A stretch of DNA of 64,000 nt. Origin: Betaproteobacteria bacterium. GTDB lineage: Bacteria > Pseudomonadota > Gammaproteobacteria > Burkholderiales > Casimicrobiaceae. This document shows positions 19,268 through 28,296 of the stretch, piece after piece. Position numbers and translations under genes: made by a program. The first letter of the stretch is position 1; each line of letters begins with the position of its first letter. The notes below the pieces were generated by a model that had not been told where the DNA came from, made no database searches, and worked only from the letters and a program-made list of their open reading frames with translations. The stretch covers positions 2,750 through 66,749 of the forward strand of contig JANNKR010000059.1 in the NCBI GenBank assembly GCA_031396395.1, read 5' to 3'.

Positions 19268-20571
19268 CGGATTCTCCAGCGGGCATCGAACCAGGACAGC
19301 GCGAATATCGCACCGATCTTCAAGGCGCTCGGTACGCCTGCGTACACCAGCGCCAACGCGCCCAATGCCGCCGGATCGCGACTACCCGGTGCATAGCCGA
19401 GCGCGGCCAGCAGCGGCAAGGCGATGCCGGCCGCGAGTGCCAGATTGAGCTTGGTGGCCAGCGTCCACAAGCCGAAGTAGGCGCCGGTGCCCTGCATCCG
19501 CCCGTTGCGGCCGATCACATCGGCCAGCAGCGACGGGGGCAGTGCCAGGTCGGCGCCGAGTGCTAAGCCCGACAGCACGCAGATGATGGCAAAGGCGACG
19601 ACATCGCCCGTGCCCAGCAACGCGGCCCATACGAACGCGACCACGGCGGCCAGCATCGCGGCCTGCAATGCCCGCACCTTGCCGAGCCGGGCCGATAACC
19701 GGATCCACAGCGGCATGCCCGCCGCGCCGGCGACGAAGTACAACGTCAGGAAGAGCCCCTGCCGCGACTCGGCGCCCAGCACATCGGCAATGTAGAACAG
19801 CACCAGCGTCGCCGGCACCGCGGAAGCGATGCCGTTCAGCATGAACACCGCCAGGAGGCGCCGGAAGTATGGGTCGGCCAGCGGTGCCCGCATGCCGGCA
19901 AAAATAGGTTCGGATCGGGCGCCCGCACGTGGCGCGGCCGGCGCGAGTGCCAGCGTCACGAGGGCGCACCCCACGCAGAAGACTGCGAATACCAGCGCGA
20001 AGCGCGGCAGGCCCGCTGCTTCGCCGCCAGCGCCACCCAGCAGTCCCGGCGCGATGCTGGCCACCACCACGCCGACCAGTGCCAGCGATTCACGGGTCGC
20101 CGTGATGCGCGTGCGCTCCACCGGATCGTTCGACAGTTCCGCGCCCCACGCGTTGTGATTGATCGTGGCGAGACTGAAAGCGAGATAGACCAGCGCCATC
20201 GCACCGGCCAGCCAGCCGAGCAGCGCCGCTTCGCCTTGCACGGGCGGCATGAACAACGCGATCATGCCCAGTGCCAGCACCGGGATCGACAGCGCGATGA
20301 GGGGCTTGCGCGACGAAGCACGATCGCTCCACGCACCGAGCAATGGGTCGATCAGGCCATCGACCAGGCGCAACACCAGCAGGAGCACCCCCAGCGCCGT
20401 CAGCGAGACACCAAGGTGGCCGCCATAGAACTTGGGCAGGTGGACATAGAGCGGCAACGCGGCCATCGCCAGCGGCATGCCGAGCAGGCCATAGGCCGCG
20501 AGGGCCGTGAAACGCAGGGGCGCCACCGCCGATGTCGGCAGTGGCGCGACCATCGCCGCCGTTGGGGTCAC
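19264..20571 (-). CDS. MFS (GPH/MFS_2-like) transporter
   Basis: DGLIDPLLGAWSDR, ERTRITATRE, 12 TM pattern. Confidence 0.88.
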   Translation of the reverse strand: MTPTAAMVAPLPTSAVAPLRFTALAAYGLLGMPLAMAALPLYVHLPKFYGGHLGVSLTALGVLLLVLRLVDGLIDPLLGAWSDRASSRKPLIALSIPVLALGMIALFMPPVQGEAALLGWLAGAMALVYLAFSLATINHNAWGAELSNDPVERTRITATRESLALVGVVVASIAPGLLGGAGGEAAGLPRFALVFAVFCVGCALVTLALAPAAPRAGARSEPIFAGMRAPLADPYFRRLLAVFMLNGIASAVPATLVLFYIADVLGAESRQGLFLTLYFVAGAAGMPLWIRLSARLGKVRALQAAMLAAVVAFVWAALLGTGDVVAFAIICVLSGLALGADLALPPSLLADVIGRNGRMQGTGAYFGLWTLATKLNLALAAGIALPLLAALGYAPGSRDPAALGALALVYAGVPSALKIGAIFALSWFDARWRIR

Positions 20572-21137
20572 GGCGCGCCCAGCAGCTTTTGCCGGAAGTC
20601 CGCGCGCGAGGATTTTGGATGCAGCCAGATGCCGAAGAAGGCGTCGGCGAAACCAGGGTCGCCGATCTCTCCGATCGCCTTGCCGTTGTGAAAGTAGCGC
20701 ACCGTGCCGGCGCCGACGTTCACCCCTGTCAACCGGTCGCCGCGCTTCACGTCGGGGAACACGCGTGTCATCGCCTCGCCCCAGCGTGTCCGGTCCCCGG
20801 GGCTGCCCATGCCGAGCTTGGTGATTTCATCCATGCTGCGCTCGGCGATCTTCGCGCCATCGAGGCTGCGGTGATAGTGCAGGTCCAGTGCATAAGGCCC
20901 GGTTTGCGGCCAGCCGGGCACGGCGCTCCAGAACCAGCCGTCGTAGACCGAGATACCGAAGAAGGTGAGCTCGCCGCCGCCCCGGGCCTTGAGCGTGGGG
21001 GCGATCTCGGCAATCGCCGCGGGCAGCGGTGGCGCCGCGGCGCGTGCGGGTGCCTGCACCACGATCAGCGCAAGCGCACTGGCGGCGATCAGCAGGCGCA
21101 CGCGCCTAGCGGCGGATGAATGTGTATTGCGCGACAT
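20568..21137 (-). CDS. Chalcone-isomerase-fold secreted protein
   Basis: Signal peptide; GGGELTFFGISVYD, VFPDVKRGDRLTG, FFGIWL; alternative GTG start at 21101. Confidence 0.8.
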   Translation of the reverse strand: MSRNTHSSAARRVRLLIAASALALIVVQAPARAAAPPLPAAIAEIAPTLKARGGGELTFFGISVYDGWFWSAVPGWPQTGPYALDLHYHRSLDGAKIAERSMDEITKLGMGSPGDRTRWGEAMTRVFPDVKRGDRLTGVNVGAGTVRYFHNGKAIGEIGDPGFADAFFGIWLHPKSSRADFRQKLLGAP

Positions 21138-22338
21138 CAGTGGTACCCGAATCGAAGCCGGCGGCGCAGTAGGCGAGATAGAAGCGCCAGCAACGCAGGA
21201 ATTTCTCGTCGAAGCCCAGGGCGCGGATCGCCGGGGCCTTGGCATCGAAGTTTGCCAGCCAGCGCTTGAGTGTCTCCGCGTAGTCAGGTCCGAAGGCACG
21301 CACCCGTTCGAGTTCGAGGCCGGCGGCCAGTGCAACGTCGACGAAGCGCTTGGGCGAGGCCAGCATCCCGCCGGGAAAGATGTATTGCTGGATGAAGTCG
21401 GACTGCGTGCGATAGCGTTCGAACCGGTCCTCGGCGATCGTGATCGTCTGCACGCAGGCACGCGCACCGGGACGCAGCGCCGCATGCACGGTGCGGAAGT
21501 AGGCGGGCCAGTACCGCTCGCCCACCGCCTCGAACATCTCGATCGACGCAATGCCATCGAAGGTACCCTCCACCGTGCGGTAATCCTGAATCCGCAGGTC
21601 GGCGCGATCCGCGAGGTCGGCCCGGTCGAGACGCGCCCGTGCCCACGCGGTCTGCTCGTCGGAGAGCGATATCCCGGTGACGTGGTGTCCGGCCCGCGCC
21701 GCGGTCTCGGCAAAGCCACCCCAGCCGCAGCCGATCTCGAGCAGCCGCGCGCCATCGGGCAGCGCCAGGTCGGCCAGCATGCGCTCGTACTTCGCTTGTT
21801 GCGCCCCCGGCAGCGCACGGCCGAAGTCGCCTTCGAAGAGTGCCGATGAGTAGGTCATCGTCGGATCGAGCCACAGGCGATAGAACTCGTTGCCGAGGTC
21901 GTAGTGCGCGAGGATGTTGCGGCGCGCCTGCCGCTTGGTGTTGGCATTGAGGAAGTGCTTGGCGCGCAGCAGCGAGCGCGTCCACCAGTGCCCATAGAAC
22001 GTGCGCTCCAGTGCCGACTGGTTGGCGGCGAGCACGGTCAGCAACTGCGTCAGATCGGGCGTATCCCAATGTCCGGCCATGTAGCCTTCGGCAAAGCCGA
22101 CGTCCCCACCCTTGAAGGCATCGGCCGCCACGCGCCAGTCGCGCAGGTACAGCACGGCAGGCACCGCTTTGGCGTGGGGCGCCGGGGCGCCGCCGGGGCC
22201 GAAGCGGCGCATCACGCCGTCGGGCGTAGTCAGTTCAACGCTCCCCGTCTCGAGGCGCTGCAGCAGCGCAAACAGGAAGCGGGTGGCGGCAGGCACCCGT
22301 GCCGGCGCCGCGGTGATCGTGGTGTCGAGGGAGGTCAT
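21106..22338 (-). CDS. cfa: Cyclopropane-fatty-acyl-phospholipid synthase family methyltransferase (UfaM-like)
   Basis: AHYDLGNEFY..WLDPTMTYSSA, LLEIGCGWGG, SIEMFEAVG, YIFPGG, WRFYLAYC; ATGA overlap with the upstream gene. Confidence 0.9.
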   Translation of the reverse strand: MTSLDTTITAAPARVPAATRFLFALLQRLETGSVELTTPDGVMRRFGPGGAPAPHAKAVPAVLYLRDWRVAADAFKGGDVGFAEGYMAGHWDTPDLTQLLTVLAANQSALERTFYGHWWTRSLLRAKHFLNANTKRQARRNILAHYDLGNEFYRLWLDPTMTYSSALFEGDFGRALPGAQQAKYERMLADLALPDGARLLEIGCGWGGFAETAARAGHHVTGISLSDEQTAWARARLDRADLADRADLRIQDYRTVEGTFDGIASIEMFEAVGERYWPAYFRTVHAALRPGARACVQTITIAEDRFERYRTQSDFIQQYIFPGGMLASPKRFVDVALAAGLELERVRAFGPDYAETLKRWLANFDAKAPAIRALGFDEKFLRCWRFYLAYCAAGFDSGTTDVAQYTFIRR

Positions 22339-23174
22339 GAATTGCGCGTGAGCAGATGGGCAGGAGGCTGCGGTTTGGAAAAGAACGGCACGCGCTTGCG
22401 CCACAGGCGCACGGCTTGCCAATGGATGCGGGCGACGACACCGACGGTGAACCAGCGGTAGCGCCACAGCAGCATGCGGGCCGCTGCCGGCGACAGCGGC
22501 GCTTCGTCGCCGGAAACGTGTGTTGCGAGCAATGGCTCCTGGTCGTCGTCGCCGCCATCGAAGTAATCGATGCGGGCCAGCCAGCGGCCGGGGCCGAAGT
22601 GGAAGCGGAACGTGTAGTGACCGGTGACGGCGCAAAACGGCGAGACGTGGAACACCTTCTGCGCCGCCAGCGTTTCACCAGTGCGCAAGGCGCGGCCATC
22701 GGCATGCGCCAGCAGGTAATGGTGCGTTTCGCCGAAGGTATTGTTCACCTCCGCCAGCACGGCACGAACCTCGCCGTTGGCCGCGTGGCACACCCAGAAG
22801 CTGACCGGATTGAACACATAGCCCAGCATCCGCGGAAAGGCATACAGCACGATCGGGCCGTCGGCGGCGATGCCTTCGCGCGCCAGCAGCGTCTTGATCC
22901 ATGTCGCCAGGGATGACCCGTCGCGGGGCCCATGATCGCGTTCGTGGAAGGCGATCACGCCGCCGCGATTGAAACGCACGCCGCACGACTCCAGCGCGTC
23001 GAGCCCCGAAAGCGGCAGGCGCAGGCAGAACGCGGGATAGGTGAACGCATTGCGGGCCGGCCGCGAACGCCGGTGCATCACGTCGCCCGCCACAAGGGTC
23101 GGCGTCGTGGCGGCGGTGGCCGGGTCGGTTGCCCCTGGCGGCGTGTTCAGGGCGCCTTGCATGTTCATGGTCAC
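22335..23174 (-). CDS. DUF1365 family protein (UfaO-like)
   Basis: HRRSRPARNAFTY, PRMLGYVFNPVSFW, AEVNNTFGE, KVFHVSPF, IHWQAVRLW. Confidence 0.9.
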   Translation of the reverse strand: MTMNMQGALNTPPGATDPATAATTPTLVAGDVMHRRSRPARNAFTYPAFCLRLPLSGLDALESCGVRFNRGGVIAFHERDHGPRDGSSLATWIKTLLAREGIAADGPIVLYAFPRMLGYVFNPVSFWVCHAANGEVRAVLAEVNNTFGETHHYLLAHADGRALRTGETLAAQKVFHVSPFCAVTGHYTFRFHFGPGRWLARIDYFDGGDDDQEPLLATHVSGDEAPLSPAAARMLLWRYRWFTVGVVARIHWQAVRLWRKRVPFFSKPQPPAHLLTRNS

Positions 23175-24463
23175 GCGGCGATGCGCTCGGCAGTGCCGCG
23201 ATCGGCGTTCGCCGAAAGTCGCGCAATCCCGTCGGCCACGGCATGGGCCGACGCAAGCCCGTCCTCATGAAAGCCGTGCCCGAGCCATGCGCCTGCAAAC
23301 CAGGTGTTGCGGCTGCCCTGCAGCGCCGCGAATCCCGCCTGTGCCTTGTGGGCGCGGCCATCGAGCAGCGGATGCGCGTACTCGAACTCGCCCAGCACAT
23401 GGCTGCGCGCAGGCTCGAACGGCGGATTCAGCGTGACGATGACGGGCGTGCGGCACGGCAGCGGCTGCAGTTTGTTGATGAGATAGGAAACCGCCACCGG
23501 GCGATCGCCCTGGGGGTCGTCGGCGGCCAGGTAGTTCCACGCGGACCACGCGCGCGTGGAGCGTGGCAGCAGTGCCGTGTCGGTGTGAAGCACCACGCGG
23601 TTGGGTTGATAGCGCACCGCCGCCAGCAGCCGGTCCTCGACGTGGGAAGCGTCGCCCAGCAACGCGCGGGCCTGGTCGCTGTGGCAGGCCAGCACGACAT
23701 GATCGAAGTGCTCGCGCGCCGCCGCCGGCGAGTCGATCTCCACGCCGTTGGCGCGGCGGATGATCTGTTGCACCGGCATGGCAACGCGCACATCGGGCAA
23801 CTGTCCGGCAATGATGTCGACGTACGTGCGGGCGCCGCCGACGACCGTTTTCCATTGTGGCCGATCGACGACCTGCAGCAGGCCATGGTTGTGGCAGAAG
23901 CGGATGAAGGTGGGCAGCGGGAAGTCGAGAATGTCGCGCTGGGGCGCGGACCAGATCGCGGCGGCCATCGGCAGCAGGTACCAGTCCCGGAATGCAGCGC
24001 TGTAGCGCTCGGCGTCGAGAAACTGGCTCAGGGCAAGCGTTGGCACGATGCCCTGCGCATGCATGGCGGTGGTGGTGCGGTTGAACCGCATGATGTCGCG
24101 CAGCATGCGCCAGAACGCGGGGCGAAGGGCGTTGGCCGGCTGCGCGAACACGGCGCGCAGGTTGGTTCCCGACCACTCGAGACCTGCACGGTCCACGCGG
24201 CATGAAAACGACATCTCGCTGTGCACGCTCCGGACGCCGAGTTGCGCAAACAACGCATTGAGCCGCGGATACGTGCGGTCGTTGAAGACCAGGAAGCCGG
24301 TATCGACCGGAAACGTGCGGCCATCGACCGTGACGTCGACGGTAGCCGTATGTCCGCCAAGCCGCGTTGCGGCCTCGAACAACGTGACCGCATGGCCCTG
24401 CTGGTGCAGGAGCCATGCAGCGCCCAGTCCGGAGATGCCGGAGCCGACAATCGCTATGCGCAC
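23171..24463 (-). CDS. FAD-dependent oxidoreductase (UfaD-like desaturase)
   Basis: IVGSGISGL, LGGH, VDTGFLVFN..TYP, AWSAWNY, WLGHGFHEDG. Confidence 0.9.
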   Translation of the reverse strand: MRIAIVGSGISGLGAAWLLHQQGHAVTLFEAATRLGGHTATVDVTVDGRTFPVDTGFLVFNDRTYPRLNALFAQLGVRSVHSEMSFSCRVDRAGLEWSGTNLRAVFAQPANALRPAFWRMLRDIMRFNRTTTAMHAQGIVPTLALSQFLDAERYSAAFRDWYLLPMAAAIWSAPQRDILDFPLPTFIRFCHNHGLLQVVDRPQWKTVVGGARTYVDIIAGQLPDVRVAMPVQQIIRRANGVEIDSPAAAREHFDHVVLACHSDQARALLGDASHVEDRLLAAVRYQPNRVVLHTDTALLPRSTRAWSAWNYLAADDPQGDRPVAVSYLINKLQPLPCRTPVIVTLNPPFEPARSHVLGEFEYAHPLLDGRAHKAQAGFAALQGSRNTWFAGAWLGHGFHEDGLASAHAVADGIARLSANADRGTAERIAA

Positions 24464-24524
24464 GTGACGACGACTTTCAGTGGGTTCAACATGGCTTCGA
24501 AGTGCAGGCGGCGAGCCGCGGGAG

Positions 24525-25340
24525 TCAGTCGATCAGCGCCGCGCCGCAGCCTTCAATCTCTGCATACGCGGAATGGTTGTGGATGGATTCAAAATTCTCG
24601 CTCGCGACCGTGAAGCGGCCTACGCGCGGGTCGCGCTGCAGCCGCAACGCGATGTCGCGGACGAGATCCTCGACGAACTTGGGGTTGTCATAGGCGCGTT
24701 CGGTCACCCACTTTTCGTCCGGCCGCTTGAGCAGGCCATACACCGCGCATGAAGCCTCGTCCTCGGCGATGCGTGCCAGTTCCTCCAGCGAAAGCTCGCC
24801 CACCATGACATCGGCCCGAAGCGTCAGGTGCGACCGCTGGTTGTGCGCGCCATAGTCCGAGATTTTTTTCGAGCATGGACAAAGGCTCGTCACCGGCGCC
24901 GTCATGGCCACGGTGACGCGCACGGGCGCACCGACGTCCTTGGTGATCGTCAGCCTGGCCTGGTAGTCGAGCAGGCTTTCGACGCCGGACACGGGCGCTG
25001 CCTTGCGGATGAAATAGGGGAACGAGAGTTCGAGATGTCCCGAATCGGCCTCGAGACGCGTCAGCATCTGCGTGAACATGCGCCTCAGTCCGGCCAGATC
25101 GAGTGGCTCGCGCGGTACCTCGAGTGTCTCGACAAACCGCGACATGTGCGTGCCCTTCACGTCGTGCGGCAGGCCCACGTACATCGCGAACTCCGCCACC
25201 GTATGCTGCACGTCACCGCCCGCCGTGCGCAGTGCAAGGGGGTAGCGCAGGCCCTTGATGCCGACCTTCTGAATGGGAAGCTGGCGCACATCGGGCAGCG
25301 ACTGCGTATCGGGGAGAAAGAATTTTTCCGGAGCGTTCAT
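24525..25340 (-). CDS. folE2: GTP cyclohydrolase IB
   Basis: IQKVGIK, KGTHMSRF, TSLCPCSK, AHNQRS, NPKFVED, ESIHNHSA. Confidence 0.95.
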   Translation of the reverse strand: MNAPEKFFLPDTQSLPDVRQLPIQKVGIKGLRYPLALRTAGGDVQHTVAEFAMYVGLPHDVKGTHMSRFVETLEVPREPLDLAGLRRMFTQMLTRLEADSGHLELSFPYFIRKAAPVSGVESLLDYQARLTITKDVGAPVRVTVAMTAPVTSLCPCSKKISDYGAHNQRSHLTLRADVMVGELSLEELARIAEDEASCAVYGLLKRPDEKWVTERAYDNPKFVEDLVRDIALRLQRDPRVGRFTVASENFESIHNHSAYAEIEGCGAALID

Positions 25341-25509
25341 CGAAAACCCTTCGAGGACGTTACGCCCGCTATGCCAGCGGGCGGTGCTGCGGCAATCCAC
25401 TGCCGTCACCAGGAGACCGGGCCGGCGCCGTTCGGGATGCGCCGGATGCCTGCAGTGTCCGGTTGCCCGTGGTCGTACATGTTGGTACGTGGTGTGGGTC
25501 GGCGCGGAT

Positions 25510-26076
25510 TCAACCCTTCGCCGAGGCGGGTTTCTGCGCCAGCAACTGCTCGATGAGGCGGGTGATTTCTCGTGCGTCCGGCGCCACCGCGCTGGCGAAG
25601 CTCGCGACGGGCTTGCCGTCCCGGTCGATCAGATATTTGTGAAAATTCCATTTCGGCACCTGTGCCGTCGCCTTGGCCAGCTCGGCATACAGAGGATTGC
25701 CCGACAACTTGGATACCGAGGCCTTTTCGTAGAGCGGAAACTGGATGCCGAAACTCGTTCGACAAAACTCGGCGATCTCCTTGTTGGTGCCAGGCTCCTG
25801 TCCGCCGAAGTCGTTGGACGGGAATCCGACCACCACCAGACCCCGGTCGCGATACTTGCGATAAAGGGCCTCCAGGCTCTCGTACTGGTTGGTGTAGCCG
25901 CACTGGCTTGCCGTGTTCACGACCAGGATCACGTTGCCGTGGTACCGACACAGGGACTGCGGGTCGCCGGTTTGCAGGAGCTTGAACGAATGCTGCAGCA
26001 GCGCGGGACAAGCGGCATGGGCGGTCGACGCGACGCCCGCGGCCTGCGTCCATAGCGCGGGGAACGGAGGCGCCAT
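25510..26076 (-). CDS. Glutathione peroxidase family protein (start uncertain)
   Basis: VVNTASQCGYT, GFPSNDFGGQEPG, PKWNFHKYL; in-frame ATGs also at 26256 and 26343. Confidence 0.85.
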   Translation of the reverse strand: MAPPFPALWTQAAGVASTAHAACPALLQHSFKLLQTGDPQSLCRYHGNVILVVNTASQCGYTNQYESLEALYRKYRDRGLVVVGFPSNDFGGQEPGTNKEIAEFCRTSFGIQFPLYEKASVSKLSGNPLYAELAKATAQVPKWNFHKYLIDRDGKPVASFASAVAPDAREITRLIEQLLAQKPASAKG

Positions 26077-26320
26077 CGCTTGACGTACTGTTGTTTCGTC
26101 CAGGTAGACAATACCGTCCCGAAGACCTGGCGCCGATGGCCCCCCCCAGCTCGCCGGAAGCGTCGCTGAAATGGCGGTGGCGACAGCACTTTCGTTGAAG
26201 AATGGCGCAGCGTCCAGGCGACCGCCGTAGGACAACGTGGCGAAAGCGGCAACCATACAGGCCAGAGACCGAGTCTGGACTCGCCACTTGGCCAATGGAT
26301 TGGGCCAGGAATACTTGGAA

Positions 26321-26411
26321 TGGACAAAGTTTGATTGGGTCATGGACATTAGTTCCGTTAGGCTGTACATTAACAGCTGACCTAATTTTTGTCAACCACA
26401 TGTCCTGGACA
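26321..26411. promoter_or_regulatory. Overlapping divergent sigma70-like promoters with TnnACA repeats (candidate CarH/LitR operator)
   Basis: Rightward TGGACA(26343)-N17-TACATT(26366); leftward TTGACA(26395-26390)-N17-TAATGT(26372-26367); TGGACA at 26321, 26343 and 26406, TGTACA at 26364. Confidence 0.6.
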
Positions 26412-26413
26412 AA

Positions 26414-27346
26414 ATGAACGATCTAGCTGAAGTGCAAGGAATGTTTCTCAACATCACGGCCGTCGAGCGCGAGACCGGACTATCCAAGGACGTTCTGCGC
26501 ATGTGGGAGCGGCGCTACGGCTATCCCAAGCCGGATCGCGATCCCAATGGCGAACGGCAGTACACGCCCGCTGATATCGGCAAGCTAAGGGCCATGAAGC
26601 GGCTCCTGGATATCGGCCTGCGACCCGGCAAGATTATCGCGCTTTCGCATGACGAACTCGATGCAATGGCCGACGCGCGAACCCCGTCGCGGCAGGACGC
26701 GCTTGCGCCGGCGCTGGAAAACGATGTGATCGCGATGTTGAAGGTGCACGATGCGACCGCGCTGCAAAATACGCTGGCCAACCTGATGATGCGCCAGGGG
26801 CTGCAGCGATTCGTGCTCGATACCATCACGCCGCTCAACCGCGCGGTTGGCGATGCGTGGATGCGGGGCGAACTCCAAGTTTTCGAGGAACATCTCTACA
26901 CCGAGCAATTGCAGGCGGCACTGCGCACCGCGATCAACACGTTCCCGCGCCAGGTGGGTTCGCCGCGGGTACTGCTCACCACCTTCCCGTCCGAACAACA
27001 CGGCCTCGGACTGCTGATGGTCGAGGCGATGATGGTGCCCGAGGCGGCGCAATGCATTTCACTGGGGCCGCAAACGCCGCTCGAGGATATCCGGCGGGCG
27101 GCGCTCGCCCACAAGGTCAATATCGTGGCGCTGTCATTTTCGGCGGCGTTTCAGATGCGGCAGGCCATCGACGGCCTCGCCACGCTGCGCCGGCAGCTGC
27201 CGGCCCACGTCACGCTATGGGCTGGCGGCGAAATGACGCGGCGCATCCGCAAGACCATCCCCGGCATCGTCCTCATCCCCGACCTCGCATCGATCGTCAA
27301 CGCGTTGCGCAGCTGGCGCTCGCACTACGTGCCGCATCCGCAGTAG
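26414..27346 (+). CDS. litR: MerR-family regulator with cobalamin-binding domain (CarH/LitR type)
   Basis: VERETGLSKDVLRMWERRYG (MerR HTH); W-x9-EH (WMRGELQVFEEH); E-x-H-x2-G-x41-S-x-S-x27-GG. Confidence 0.85.
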   Translation: MNDLAEVQGMFLNITAVERETGLSKDVLRMWERRYGYPKPDRDPNGERQYTPADIGKLRAMKRLLDIGLRPGKIIALSHDELDAMADARTPSRQDALAPALENDVIAMLKVHDATALQNTLANLMMRQGLQRFVLDTITPLNRAVGDAWMRGELQVFEEHLYTEQLQAALRTAINTFPRQVGSPRVLLTTFPSEQHGLGLLMVEAMMVPEAAQCISLGPQTPLEDIRRAALAHKVNIVALSFSAAFQMRQAIDGLATLRRQLPAHVTLWAGGEMTRRIRKTIPGIVLIPDLASIVNALRSWRSHYVPHPQ

Positions 27347-27431
27347 GCGGCAAGGATGCCGGGACCGAGGAACCGGGACGCCCGGCGCGCCGACGGGTAA
27401 TATGGTGCTTTCCCGTCCTCTTTCGACCCCA

Positions 27432-28265
27432 ATGCTCTATCCCGAACTCTTCAAGGCCTTCGAAGCGGTGCGCTGGAGCCTCGACACCGACGTGCCGTGG
27501 CACGAATTTGACGCGACCAGGCTCACCGACGAGCAGGCGCGCACGATCAAGATGAACGCCATCACCGAGTGGTCGGCATTGCCGGCCACCGAGATGTTCC
27601 TGCGCGACAACCGGGACGACAGCGACTTTGCCGCCTTCATGTCCATCTGGTTCTACGAGGAGCAGAAGCACGCGCTGGTGCTGATGGAATACCTGCAGCG
27701 CTTCCGCCCCGACTTCGTGCCCACGGAAGAGGAACTGCACGCGGTGCGCTTCGAGTTCGATCCGGCGCCTGCCTTCGAGACGCTGATGCTGCATTTCTGC
27801 GGCGAGATCCGGCTCAACCACTGGTACCGCTGCGCGGCCGAGTGGCACACCGAGCCGGTGATCAAGAAGATCTACGAGCTCATTTCGCGCGACGAGGCCC
27901 GCCACGGTGGCGCCTACCTGCGCTTCATGAGGCGCGCGCTGGACCGCGGTGGTGCCGGAGCCAAGCAGGCCTTTGCCAAGATCGGGGTGCTGATGGCCAG
28001 CGCCGCGCGGGCCAGCAAGCCGCTGCACCCCACCAACCTGCACGTCAACCGATCCATGTTTCCCGAGGACACCGTGCAGAGCAAGCTGCCGGACCCGTCC
28101 TGGCTCGAGCGCTGGCTGGACGAGCAGATCCGCTTCGACGCGAAGTGGGAGCAGCGGGTGATCGGGATGATCCTCAAGAACCTGTCGTCGCTGTTCGGCG
28201 AGACCTTCGAATCGGTGCAGCAGCTGAACCGGTTCCGCAAATCGCTGGCGCCTGCCCCGAGCTGA
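27432..28265 (+). CDS. Ferritin-like diiron protein (acyl-ACP desaturase-like fold)
   Basis: ITEW, EEQKH, GE, DEARH diiron ligands; start MLYPELFK (alternative ATG 27402). Confidence 0.8.
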   Translation: MLYPELFKAFEAVRWSLDTDVPWHEFDATRLTDEQARTIKMNAITEWSALPATEMFLRDNRDDSDFAAFMSIWFYEEQKHALVLMEYLQRFRPDFVPTEEELHAVRFEFDPAPAFETLMLHFCGEIRLNHWYRCAAEWHTEPVIKKIYELISRDEARHGGAYLRFMRRALDRGGAGAKQAFAKIGVLMASAARASKPLHPTNLHVNRSMFPEDTVQSKLPDPSWLERWLDEQIRFDAKWEQRVIGMILKNLSSLFGETFESVQQLNRFRKSLAPAPS

Positions 28266-28296
28266 CTGACCCGCGGTACGCTTATCATGGGCGGTC

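Noticed and set aside
26077-26370. Long N-terminal extension of the glutathione peroxidase
   Set aside because: No motif, it overlaps the predicted promoter, and it contains a C8 run that may be mis-called, so the true start cannot be fixed
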